A stretch of 64,000 bases of DNA from contig OZ242296.1 of assembly GCA_965207735.1 (NCBI GenBank), positions 3,808,001-3,872,000 of the forward strand. Direction: 5' to 3'. Shown in pieces: positions 30,327-39,996 of this stretch. The notes beneath the pieces were generated by a model, which saw only the letters and a list, made by a program, of their open reading frames with translations, did no database searches and was not told where the DNA came from. Position numbers and translations under genes: made by a program. The stretch's first letter is position 1. The number at the start of each line of letters is the position of its first letter. Source of the stretch: Candidatus Versatilivorator sp. Its GTDB lineage: Bacteria > Acidobacteriota > Terriglobia > Versatilivoradales > Versatilivoraceae.

Positions 30327-33300
30327 ATGACGAAACAAGCACTAAGAAAATCGGTCTGGAGTTTCGGGCTGATTGCGCTCTTGGGCCTGTTGGTCATTCC
30401 CACCTTGACGGTAGCGCAGGACGTCACCGGTTTTCGCGGCAGGGTCGTTGACACGACCGGGGCCGTGATGGTCGGCGTCAGCATTACGGCTATCAACGAG
30501 TCCAAGGGTCTGACCTACACTACGGTGACCAACGAGGTTGGGGAGTACGAGCTGCGCGGCATTCTGCCCGACACCTACACCCTGACCGCCGAGGCCACCG
30601 GGTTCAAGCGCTATGAGAACACGGGCGTGATCGTTTACTCGCAGTCACCGCGGCGGGTGGACATCTCCATGGAGATCGGCGAGTTGGCCGATGCCATCAC
30701 CGTGACCGAGGAAGGGGCTCGCATCGAGACCGATACGCCCTCGGTGACCTACAAGACTCCCAACAAGGAAGTCTACTATACCAACGTGGCGGCCAGCCTG
30801 ATCTACACGGTGGGGGCGGCCCCCGGAGTTCAGAACCGGAACGAGATTCACGGAGCCTACGCCAACAACGTCTCGGCTTCCCAGGACGGGATTCTGACTC
30901 TCGCCTACGGCACCTTCCGTTTTCCGCAGGAAGTGCTGCAGGAAGTTCATTTGAAAACGCTGAACGCGCCGGCCGAGTTCCAGCACGCCAACAACATCAT
31001 CGGCGTGGGGCGCAGCGGAACCAATCAGTTCCACGGCGAGATCTGGAATGATTTCAGGCATGCTCGTCTGGCGGCCAAGAACCGTTCTCTGGCAAGCAGG
31101 CCCAAACCGGAGACGCCCTCCTTGAAGTGGTCCTACGAAGCCGCCGGACCCATCTGGATTCCCAAGATCTATGACGGCCGCAACAAGAGCTTCTTCCACT
31201 TCCTGTATCAGCCGAACAGCAACTTCACCCTGGAGATCAACCCCAACCTCACTTATCCCACTCCTCTGATGAGGTCGGGGAATTTGAGCGAAGTCGCGGA
31301 ATTCTCCGGGATCAGGGATGCCAATGGCAAGGGTGTGATCATGAATCCCTACACCATGACGCCCTTCCCCAACAACACCATTCCCAGCGACATGTTCCAT
31401 CCCCTGGGGGTTCGCTTCACCGAGTTGCTTCCCCTGCCGGAACGACCCGGTCTGGCGACCAACCGAACCGGGATCAACGAGAACAGTGGCAGCGAGGAGT
31501 ACTGGCACTTCCGCTTCGACCACCAGATCTACGAAGCCAACACCATTTCGTTCAACCACTTCCGCTACACCCGCGACAGCAACGAGACGAAGTGGGACCA
31601 CGGGCCGCTGGATTGCGGGCGTACCGGTCACGACCCCACCCGGGCCTGGAGCATTCTGGACAGCCACGTCTTCTCGCCTTCGGTGATCAACGAATTCTCG
31701 GTCGGCTACAACGAGCAGCTCTACCTGATCGAGAGTGGTTGCGCCGGAAGCGATCTGCTGAGGCTGATCGACCCCCAGGGGCTCATCGACTTCGGCGGAC
31801 GTGAAGGCAAGATTCCGCAGGGCTTCGCGGGAGCGCCTCAGATCACGGCTCGTTCGATCGGCAACCTCTCCAACATCAGCGGGGCTTTCGACGCCCGTCT
31901 GACCAATGCGCTGGGTGGCGGCGCCGCCGGATACGGCAGCCGGACCGACGCCAATGCCGTTCACCTGAAGAACAACATCTCCATCACCAAGGGCACCCAC
32001 CTGTTCAAGATGGGGTTCTCCAACATCTGGGGTCTGGATGATCGCTACCGGCCCACCAACAATGCTTACGGCCGCTGGGATTTCTCCGGGAACTACACCG
32101 GCTGGGATTACGGCGACATCCTGTTGGGCCTGCCCCGCAGCACCGCGATCGCCCAGGCGCGAGGGGAGCTGAGCCCGCGGTCGCAACAGTTCGGGATCTT
32201 CTTCCAGGATGACTGGAAGGTGACGCCCAGGTTGACCATCACCCCGGGTCTCCGCTTCCAGCATTACACCGCTGGTCGAGATGCCCAAGGGCAGTGGTAC
32301 AACTTCGACCTCCAGCACCTGCTGGATGGCGGCACCGGCCGGTTCGTGGTGCCCCAGCAGTCGCTGCATCGGGTTGTGGCCGGCTTTGCCCCGAGCATTC
32401 CGGTGGTCGGAAACGGAGACGCGGGCTTCCCCGCCGATCTGTTCGAGTACAAGCTGGTCCACGTCCAGCCCCGTGTCGGCGTGGCCTACCGGCTGACCGA
32501 CAAGATGGTGATTCGCGCCGGTTTTGGGGTCTACACCGTGCCTCTGACCCCTCCGGACAACATGCAGCAGGCCATCGCCGGGTTCACCAGCGGTCCCTTT
32601 GAGCTCAACGAGAGCTTCGGGCCCACCGAGATCGTCAACGGTGTTCCCACGCTGACCTTCAGCAACGCCTTCCCGGCTCCCGGGACGGGCGCAACGTCGC
32701 TGCAAAACCCGAGAGCCATTCTGCTCAACACCCGCACCGAGAACTGGCCCACGGACAAGCAGTGGAACCTCACCCTGGAGAGGGAACTGGGCAGTGGTAT
32801 GACCGGTCGTCTTTCCTACGTGGCTTCCAAGGGGACCCATTGGCCCTACAACGTCAACGTGCAAATCCCCCAGGCCAGCACCATTCCCTTCACGGCCTCC
32901 CGCAAGGTGTTCGGGGCGGAACCCTACGGTTCCATCACCGACTACCGTCTGGGTGGAAACTCCAACTATCATGGGTGGGAAGCCGAGTTGCTGCGGCAGT
33001 TCTCCAGCGGACTCTACCTTCGGGCCTGGGCCGAGTACCGGTCCATCCTCAATGACGTGGAAGGTGGCCGGTTCGGCTGGGTGGGTCCTGGTGGGTTCGC
33101 CACCGAGGATCCCTACAACCGCTCCCGTGACAAGGGCTGGACGGATGGCAACCTCCCGTTCAGATCTCGTTTGGTGGCTGTTTATTCCTTGCCCCTGGGC
33201 AAGGGACAGCGGTACCTCTCGGGGGCCTCGGGCGTGATCAACCAGTTGGTCAGCCAGTGGACGCTTACGCCGATCATCACCCTGAACATGGGCGGTCGCA

Positions 33301-33716
33301 GCACCCCCAACTTCGGCGGTTTCGATTCACCCAACGTCGGCCGTTCGGGCGGCCGTCCGGACATTCAGCCGGGCTGCAACCCCAACGGATTCGGGGACAA
33401 TACCGTTCCATACACCTCCTATTGGAATTCGTCCTGCTTCAGCATTCCTGCAAGTGGAACCTATGGAACGGCAACCAGGGGCGTCCTGCAGCAGCCGCGG
33501 GATCCTCAATTCAACTTGAACATCTTCAAGGTCTTCCCGTTGACGCCTTACGAGAATGGCCCCTACTTCAAGTTGGAGGCCTATATCAACAACCCGCTCA
33601 ACCACACCAACCCCAGCGGGCCCAATTCTCTGACCTTCAATGATCCGAGATTCGGGCAGTATGCGGCGAGTTGGCACACTCGGAACATGTTCTTCCGCTT
33701 GCGCCTCGGTTTCTAG
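30327..33716 (+). CDS. TonB-dependent receptor with N-terminal carboxypeptidase-regulatory-like domain (Oar-like)
   Basis: GRVVDTTGAV, FFQDDWKVTPRLTITPGLR, PRVGVAYR, C-terminal RLGF; RBS aggag. Confidence 0.9.
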   Translation: MTKQALRKSVWSFGLIALLGLLVIPTLTVAQDVTGFRGRVVDTTGAVMVGVSITAINESKGLTYTTVTNEVGEYELRGILPDTYTLTAEATGFKRYENTGVIVYSQSPRRVDISMEIGELADAITVTEEGARIETDTPSVTYKTPNKEVYYTNVAASLIYTVGAAPGVQNRNEIHGAYANNVSASQDGILTLAYGTFRFPQEVLQEVHLKTLNAPAEFQHANNIIGVGRSGTNQFHGEIWNDFRHARLAAKNRSLASRPKPETPSLKWSYEAAGPIWIPKIYDGRNKSFFHFLYQPNSNFTLEINPNLTYPTPLMRSGNLSEVAEFSGIRDANGKGVIMNPYTMTPFPNNTIPSDMFHPLGVRFTELLPLPERPGLATNRTGINENSGSEEYWHFRFDHQIYEANTISFNHFRYTRDSNETKWDHGPLDCGRTGHDPTRAWSILDSHVFSPSVINEFSVGYNEQLYLIESGCAGSDLLRLIDPQGLIDFGGREGKIPQGFAGAPQITARSIGNLSNISGAFDARLTNALGGGAAGYGSRTDANAVHLKNNISITKGTHLFKMGFSNIWGLDDRYRPTNNAYGRWDFSGNYTGWDYGDILLGLPRSTAIAQARGELSPRSQQFGIFFQDDWKVTPRLTITPGLRFQHYTAGRDAQGQWYNFDLQHLLDGGTGRFVVPQQSLHRVVAGFAPSIPVVGNGDAGFPADLFEYKLVHVQPRVGVAYRLTDKMVIRAGFGVYTVPLTPPDNMQQAIAGFTSGPFELNESFGPTEIVNGVPTLTFSNAFPAPGTGATSLQNPRAILLNTRTENWPTDKQWNLTLERELGSGMTGRLSYVASKGTHWPYNVNVQIPQASTIPFTASRKVFGAEPYGSITDYRLGGNSNYHGWEAELLRQFSSGLYLRAWAEYRSILNDVEGGRFGWVGPGGFATEDPYNRSRDKGWTDGNLPFRSRLVAVYSLPLGKGQRYLSGASGVINQLVSQWTLTPIITLNMGGRSTPNFGGFDSPNVGRSGGRPDIQPGCNPNGFGDNTVPYTSYWNSSCFSIPASGTYGTATRGVLQQPRDPQFNLNIFKVFPLTPYENGPYFKLEAYINNPLNHTNPSGPNSLTFNDPRFGQYAASWHTRNMFFRLRLGF

Positions 33717-33738
33717 CAAGCCGCGGGAGTTGTTTTTC

Positions 33739-33776
33739 GCCAGGCAGTCGATCTTCGGCTGCCTGGCTTTTTTTTT
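33739..33776 (+). terminator. Rho-independent terminator
   Basis: gccaggcagtcga-tct-tcggctgcctggc followed by T9, just after the receptor stop. Confidence 0.85.
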
Positions 33777-33919
33777 GCTTCAGGATCGACATTCAGTTCG
33801 CCTCCCGCCACTGGGGTGCGCGTCGGGTTGTCGAGACGTCAGCCGCCTGACACCCCCTTCCATGCAGCTGCACGGCATCTTCTGGAAGCGCGGGGGTTGG
33901 GCACAGCCAAGGCTCGTCA

Positions 33920-34231
33920 CGGGGAAGATCAATCGAGAAGGACTATAAATTGAACATCGATGCACAGGATAGACAGGATAAACAGCCAGCCGTTTTCGTC
34001 TTGGAAATGAAGAGGAAGCAGAGCCTTTTGCAAAATTCCGCAGCCAACCGTTTTATGGAGGCTCGGAACAGGTTTTGATTCACATGGATGCACAGGATTT
34101 TTTCAGGAAACGGCTAGCTGGTAATCCTGAGCATCCGCAAATCCGCACACGATCATTGCCGGAGCCGGCTTCTCGTGCAGCAGCGTCCCGTACTGGTTAT
34201 CCTGTGCATCCTGTGCATCGATGTTTATTTT
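33920..34231. repeat. Fragments of MITE-A in both orientations plus a solo IS terminal repeat at 34021
   Basis: 33920-33980 matches 13479-13540; 34080-34228 is the reverse complement of 13512-13660; gagccttttgcaaaattc at 34021. Confidence 0.65.
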
Positions 34232-34353
34232 GAGCCTTTTGCAAATTTCGCAATCGGGAATGACATTGATGCGGCAAGGATGATGTGCTGCAGGCTCCAG
34301 CATTCACCACGATAAGCACAAGAGACAACAGAAACCACAAAAAGCACAAAAGG

Positions 34354-35840
34354 GAGCCTTTTGCAAAATTCGGAATCGGGCATGACATTGGGCTGGCAAC
34401 AGTGATGTTCCGGCGGTGACTACCCAGCTGCAAAGACCCTTTTGAAGGAAAAAGCCCGAATCTGATGGCCGGATGGCCAGCGGTCGCCGGACGCAGGCAC
34501 AGCTTACCCTCTCCCGGCCTTGAGGCGGGCGAACCTGCTGTGCGGTTGGGGGTGGCAACCCGGTCTTCAGAGCGTCAGGCGCATCAACTGATCCACCGTC
34601 AGGGCCAGAATGCCGAACATCAGGTGGCACCTCACCTTGTCGGGGCCGCGAACCCTCACCTGCCTCCCGCCAAACTCCTCCTTGAGCCGTCCGTTGACCC
34701 GCTCCACCGTCGAGCGTTCCCGGTAGCGCCGCGCCTCGGGAGTCACTTGGCCGATACAGCGCCGGGCCAGTGCCTCCCGCTTCCGCTCGGCTTTCAAGGT
34801 AGCTCTTCGGCGGGGGTTGACGTCAATAATCGGCACATGCCCCAGCTTCTCACTGAAGGCCCGGATCTCCGGCGCATCGTAGGCGCTGTCCATCAAGTCG
34901 TAGAGACTCTCGACCCGCCTTGCCGTCAGCGTCGCCAGCGGAATGGCTGCCTGAGAGTCATGCACCGAGGCCGAGGTCAGCAGACAACTGACCGGAATCC
35001 CGCCGTCAATGGCGTCGAGGTGTAGCTTGTAGCCGGTCCAGCTCTCCTGATGCCCCTTGGCGTTGCGCTTGACGCCGATGTCGCAGGCCTTGGGCAACTC
35101 CTTCAACATTTCCTCCAGCGTCATCGACCCCTGCCGCTCCAGCCGGCTCAACCGCTTGGGCCGTCGCTCGCCCTTCGGCGGCCGGCCCCGCCGGCGTTTC
35201 CGCTTGGCCTCCGGCGCAGCCTTGGCCGCTGGCTTTTCCCGTCCCGCAATCGCCGTCGAGTCCCTCGACACATGCCCCGCCAAGTGGCCCTTCAGCGTCT
35301 CCTCCAGCAATGCCTCGTGCAAACGCCCCGGCAGGTCGCTCTCAGCGAATTCCGCAAAGGCCCGCGAGAAGGTCGACTCGCTCGGTACCTCCCACGCCCT
35401 CTCCCAGCCGCACAGCCGCCGCAGCCTCCCCTCACTCCTCAGCCGCTCCACCAATCCCCGCGTGGTCGCCACCTCCAGCATCGACTTCGCCAGATAGGCT
35501 CGCGCCAGCACTGCCCGATCCTCCAGCGGCCGGCCACGCCAGCCCCGACTGTAAGGCAGCAACTCCTCCACCCGCACCAACTCCAATACCTGCACCAGCC
35601 GCTGGTAACGCTCTCCCAGAGGCCCCAAAACTTCCTCCAGCAGGGGAAACAGCTCTCGTTGAAACCGGAACCAGTGTCGTGATAGGGTTTCCCTAAGGGG
35701 CAAGTTCCACCTCCGTTCATCATGTGGTTCAGACACCTTCATGATACAACAGACAGTGGTCTTGCCCCTCCTTCCACCTGCCCTCCTTGATCTTTCCCCA
35801 CGTGAAAATTCCCGCTATCTGCGAATTTTGCAAAAGGCTC
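34354..35840 (-). mobile_element. 1487-bp DDE IS, copy 2
   Basis: Same IRs; TSD AAGG. Confidence 0.95.
34567..35742 (-). CDS. DDE transposase (identical to 13985..15160)
   Basis: Identical translation. Confidence 0.95.
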   Translation of the reverse strand: MKVSEPHDERRWNLPLRETLSRHWFRFQRELFPLLEEVLGPLGERYQRLVQVLELVRVEELLPYSRGWRGRPLEDRAVLARAYLAKSMLEVATTRGLVERLRSEGRLRRLCGWERAWEVPSESTFSRAFAEFAESDLPGRLHEALLEETLKGHLAGHVSRDSTAIAGREKPAAKAAPEAKRKRRRGRPPKGERRPKRLSRLERQGSMTLEEMLKELPKACDIGVKRNAKGHQESWTGYKLHLDAIDGGIPVSCLLTSASVHDSQAAIPLATLTARRVESLYDLMDSAYDAPEIRAFSEKLGHVPIIDVNPRRRATLKAERKREALARRCIGQVTPEARRYRERSTVERVNGRLKEEFGGRQVRVRGPDKVRCHLMFGILALTVDQLMRLTL

Positions 35841-35998
35841 AAGGCACAAAACGAGTTTCTTGATTTCGAGACTTGCCCATCCGATGGTTCTTTTTGTGTT
35901 TTTGTGCCTTTTGTGGCCATTCCCGGCAAAGGTCCCGCTGCCGAATCTTGCAAAAGGCTCAAATGGTTTTCTCCCGGGCGTCAGCCCGGGGTTCCAGG

Positions 35999-36086
35999 CA
36001 GCCGCCAAGGCGGCGGCAGCAGGTAGCCGTGGGCGTCAGCCCATGGACCACGTGCTCTCTGAGAGTTGAGCCGCGTAGGCGGCGAC
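35999..36086 (+). repeat. REP-like palindromic doublet
   Basis: cagccgccaaggcggcggcagcaggtagccgtgggcgtcagcccatgg...gagccgcgtaggcggcg. Confidence 0.7.
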
Positions 36087-36222
36087 TACAACATAATACT
36101 TGTAACTGATCAATATAATAGACTTACTATGGTTATCCCTGTTGTTATCCCCTCATTATATCCCTCTATTTGAACGGGAATCCACTGGACTATTCAGGAC
36201 GTTGGTGGACGTAACTGTTCGG

Positions 36223-36636
36223 TCAGGCCGTGATGGGTTGGATCCGGACGAGGTTGGAGGTGTCTGGAATCACAGGCGATCCGTCGGTTCTGCTCGCTAC
36301 GCCTCCCCCGGACGGCGGATGGATTGCACGGCTTGACCGAACGGTTACTTGGCGGACAGGTTGGCCGAGCGAACAACGCTGGAGTTCGAGGGCTGCGAGT
36401 GGGGTGCAACCGACCCGTACTGCGAATCGGAGATCGCTGGTTGTGCCCAGCGTTCGTGGCGTGTCGGGCTGGTCGTAGCAGTCCTCAGAATCCGTGCAGG
36501 GATCATCCCCGGATTGGGGGGGCGGTGGGGGGGCCGACAGTAGAACTGCGGGTTTACAATAATTCACAGCTTGCAAGGCCACCAATGCCAATGCAAAAGC
36601 TGCCAATACAATCGCAAGAGTCCTCAGCATGGTCAT
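36223..36636 (-). CDS. Hypothetical secreted/membrane-anchored protein
   Basis: Hydrophobic N-terminus, Pro-rich linker; ATG overlaps the stop of the ankyrin gene. Confidence 0.45.
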   Translation of the reverse strand: MTMLRTLAIVLAAFALALVALQAVNYCKPAVLLSAPPPPPQSGDDPCTDSEDCYDQPDTPRTLGTTSDLRFAVRVGCTPLAALELQRCSLGQPVRQVTVRSSRAIHPPSGGGVASRTDGSPVIPDTSNLVRIQPITA

Positions 36637-37409
36637 TCTCCCTCGCAAGAATCGCAGTCACCCAAAAACCCCGTTCCCTCGGATTGGACGCGGTCCAATA
36701 CCTCTTGATAGAGACTCTCTGCTTGTGCCTCATCATCTTTAAAAAGAGCGGCTGCTGCTGCACGTATGGCCGACTTGCGCTCATCTACGGTGGTCGCCCT
36801 CGCTAAACCCGCCCGCAGAGTTCGGGAAAATGTCCCCACCTCCTTTAGTTCCTCGATATCTGGGGGGCGGTACGTGACGGACCTTTCAACGGCCGCAACC
36901 ACTCCCAGGTTTCCCTGTGTCAACGCAATTTCATATGGGGTCGACCTCCCGTCGCTATCGATAAGCGGGTCCCCACCGGCTTGGATTAACGCTGTCATAA
37001 CCGCTTCATTGTCGAGATAGGCCGCTGCGTGCATCGCCGTCCATCCGGAATTGTTCGCCTGGTTTGGATTTGCGCCATGGGAGAGAAGCATTACAACTGT
37101 GCCGTACAGAGTGGGGTTTTCTTTCGCTCGTGACATAGTTAACGCATGCCCCAGCAGGGTGTCGCCGTGAGCGTTTCTGACGTTGATATCAAAGCCGCTG
37201 GTTCTCAAGAGAGTGTCCACGTCCTCCGCTGTGCCTAGGCCCGCCGTAAGAAACAAGCGCCGCAGATTCGGGTCGGTGGTGGTGTTGGAGGGGTTTTGCG
37301 ACAGCACCTTTCCCGGTCCAGAAAAAAAGGCTGCCCACAAAATCACCAAGCACGCCGCCACGCTTAGCGCCAACCAAAAACCATTGTTTTTGCTGCCCCA
37401 CAAATTCAT
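36633..37409 (-). CDS. Ankyrin repeat protein with N-terminal signal/anchor
   Basis: GDTLLGHA, LLSHGANPN, GWTAMHAAA, TPYEIA; RBS gagg. Confidence 0.85.
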   Translation of the reverse strand: MNLWGSKNNGFWLALSVAACLVILWAAFFSGPGKVLSQNPSNTTTDPNLRRLFLTAGLGTAEDVDTLLRTSGFDINVRNAHGDTLLGHALTMSRAKENPTLYGTVVMLLSHGANPNQANNSGWTAMHAAAYLDNEAVMTALIQAGGDPLIDSDGRSTPYEIALTQGNLGVVAAVERSVTYRPPDIEELKEVGTFSRTLRAGLARATTVDERKSAIRAAAAALFKDDEAQAESLYQEVLDRVQSEGTGFLGDCDSCEGE

Positions 37410-37830
37410 TTCACTTCCTCACTTTCTTTCTTTGTGGGTTGTGAGCCGTCAAGTGTGAGTCTATCCTCGACGTCGACCTCCCTATCTGCGACACCGAACA
37501 GATCGTATCCCAACTTATGTGCTAAAGGTACAAGTCCCTTACTGTATCACTCCTAAGAGAAGAACCGCATGCTGGAACACCTGGGAATTTCCATACAACG
37601 ATATATGTAACCACTTCATTTAGTAGCCCGACCCACTCCGGACAGAAAACCGACCGAGGCAGGGCTGTCTTGACCGTCGAGACGGAGGAAGAGTTCCTGA
37701 GGGCCTTTGCCCACATGGACCAGGACGACTCCATCGAGATCGTGTTCCCCCGGAGCTGCTCGAAAAGCATGGCGCCTTCGACTCGGCCGAAGAGCACAGC
37801 CTCCTGGCCGAGACCGACTGAAGAGGCATT

Positions 37831-38147
37831 TCAGCCTTCCCGCAGGGACCACTGTGGTGAGAGCGACCTCCCCGCAAGGGGGCAAAGGGTGTCCGGAGGC
37901 CTGTCCCCCTTTGCCCTCCCCCGTGGCGCACCAGCGGCCAAAAAGGGGGGGTCGCTCTCACCACCAGCACCCCTCTCGTACGGCGCGCCGTTGCGCCGTG
38001 CGAGGGGGGGACACGCGAGGCGCAGCCTTGCTTCGCTTTTTCGCAGCGGACGCGGGAAATCCGTCTTATCCCGCGTCTGATGCGGCGTTTCGTGAAAGTC
38101 CCACACCACACCGGCGAGGGCTCCGCCCTCTGAGAAAGAGGCGTTGT
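37831..38147 (+). other. Structured non-coding element, copy 1 (ssDNA origin-like or ncRNA)
   Basis: Nested hairpins; homologous to 42040-42206 and to the reverse complement of 60665-60990. Confidence 0.6.
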
Positions 38148-38286
38148 GCGGATCAAGATCATGTCCCCCTTAGATGTCCTCCCCCCCGTCTGAAAGGGGG
38201 ACACCCATCTGACGGCATCTGCTTGACCCCCAGAGGCGGAAATCGTCGATCATTCCAGGGTCATTGGGTGAGCCTGTTTCTTGCTC

Positions 38287-38315
38287 CCATTCATCCCCGC
38301 GTGTGCGGGGAACAG
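38287..38315 (+). CRISPR. Solitary type I-E-like CRISPR repeat (no array)
   Basis: ccattcatccccgcgtgtgcggggaacag versus the I-E type CGGTTCATCCCCGCGnnnGCGGGGAACAC. Confidence 0.6.
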
Positions 38316-38684
38316 GGCCGTGACCAGCATTCCCGAATGGCTGAAGACGGACCATCCTTGGGAGGTGATCGAGGCGGCTCTTGGGTTTGCGGTGGACCGC
38401 GTGGGCGGAGATCGATCAGGACGTTGGTGTATGGACCTTGCCGGTCAGGCAGAAGAAGGCCAACCGCCAGCACCGAGTCCCGCTGTATGGGCGTGCGACT
38501 GCCCCTGCCGGATGATATTCATTCAGGGGGGTGTTTGGACGCCACCGGCTCAACTGCGGGCTGCGCCAGAGGTCGGCTCCATTTCAAGGAGGGAGCCATT
38601 TTCGGAAGGAGCGACGGACACAGCCCGCAACAATGGTTTGGCGAAAAGTTGTAAGAAATTGCTTCGATGGATGACTATCTTTGT

Positions 38685-39230
38685 ATGGAGCAAGATGGGT
38701 CCAGCCCCGGTGCAAAACTTACCCAGGATGAGCTGTACCTACAGGCTGCCGAGGCCTTCGGGGCTGCGCTGGAACGACTGGCCCGGGCCTACGAGGTTGA
38801 CTCAGAGAATCGACGCGACCTCCTTCAAGAAATCCATATCGCTCTTTGGCGCAGCTTCGACAGTTACGCTTCCCTATGCTCGCTCCGAACTTGGGTCTAC
38901 CGCGTGGCTCATAACACAGCCACCTCTTATGTCCTTCGGCAGCGTCGCCGCCGGAAAGAGATCTTCGTCAATCTGGATGAGGTGGAGATGCTCTCCGACG
39001 GTTGCGAACCCGAAACGGTCGCAGACCAGCGCAAGACACTGGAGCGCCTGCTGGGCTTGATTCAGCGCCTCAAGCCGCTTGACCGCCAAGTGATGCTGTC
39101 CTACCTGGAAGGTGAGGATGCTGGATCGATTGCTGAGATTACTGGCCTTTCATCGGCCAACGTGGCAACAAAAATCCATCGATTGAAGAACGTGCTGGCT
39201 AACCGCTTTAACCGGAGGGCGATTCCATGA
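38685..39230 (+). CDS. ECF-type RNA polymerase sigma-70 factor
   Basis: DLLQEIHIALWRS, TWVYRVAHNTA (region 2); IAEITGLSSANVATKIHR (region 4). Confidence 0.92.
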   Translation: MEQDGSSPGAKLTQDELYLQAAEAFGAALERLARAYEVDSENRRDLLQEIHIALWRSFDSYASLCSLRTWVYRVAHNTATSYVLRQRRRRKEIFVNLDEVEMLSDGCEPETVADQRKTLERLLGLIQRLKPLDRQVMLSYLEGEDAGSIAEITGLSSANVATKIHRLKNVLANRFNRRAIP

Positions 39231-39793
39231 CCCGTGAGCCTTCCCAGCAGGACATGAGAACCCTGTGGAGAAACCAAGAGTTGGAATCTTACCCGGTTTC
39301 GTTGGAGGAAATTCGTAGCCAAGCTCGCCGATTCCAATCCCAAATCCGCTGGAGGAATCTACGAGAATACTTGGCATCGGTGGTGGTGGTGGTGGCCTTC
39401 GGATACTTTTTTTTCATCATGGACGATGCATTGTTGCGATTAGCGACGGCCCTGACTATTGCCGGTTCTCTGTATGTCTGTTACCAGCTTCAGAAGCGGG
39501 GATCGGCCAGAAAACTGCCGGCCGAGCCGGGTCTGAAAACCTGTCTTGAGTTCCATCGAACAGAGCTGGTGCAGCAGCGAGACCTGTTGCGAGACGTTTG
39601 GCGCTGGTATCTGCTGCCATTCGTGCCAGGATTCAGCCTGTTTTTTGCCTCACAGGTCATGCAGGAGCCCTGGACTCGGTGGGTTATCTTTCTGGTGTGG
39701 TTCGTAATTCTCTTCGTAGGAATCGGCATGTTGAATCAATGGGCAGCTCGCCGGCTTCAACGCGAGATCGCGGCTCTGGAAAAGGAATTCTGA
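39227..39793 (+). CDS. Membrane protein, probable cognate anti-sigma factor
   Basis: ATGA overlap with the sigma gene; four hydrophobic segments. Confidence 0.7.
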   Translation: MTREPSQQDMRTLWRNQELESYPVSLEEIRSQARRFQSQIRWRNLREYLASVVVVVAFGYFFFIMDDALLRLATALTIAGSLYVCYQLQKRGSARKLPAEPGLKTCLEFHRTELVQQRDLLRDVWRWYLLPFVPGFSLFFASQVMQEPWTRWVIFLVWFVILFVGIGMLNQWAARRLQREIAALEKEF

Positions 39794-39996
39794 ATCCGCC
39801 ATTGGAGGGTCTAATGTCTCTCCGGTTACTCCCGCCTTGAGGGCGATCCGCAGAAGCCGAGCAGCTAGGCGAATGATGCGGTAGGGGCAATGCACACCTG
39901 ATTCACTGCTTCCAGCACACCCATAAGTTCTGGAATCACGTGATTTTCCCGAAACGCCGTTCCATGCATTGCTTCTGCCGTAAATAGCAATCGTAC

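Larger units (their letters stand above)
34232..35960. mobile_element. ~238-bp MITE with the terminal repeats of the 1487-bp IS, carrying a nested full IS copy
   Basis: gagccttttgcaaatttcg at 34232 and cgaatcttgcaaaaggctc ending 35960; left arm resembles the IS right end; no matching flanking TSD seen. Confidence 0.6.

Noticed and set aside
37670-38654. ORFs 37670-38080, 37707-38654 and 38281-39060 as proteins
   Set aside because: Overlap the repeated hairpin element and CRISPR-like repeat; frames are not conserved between copies
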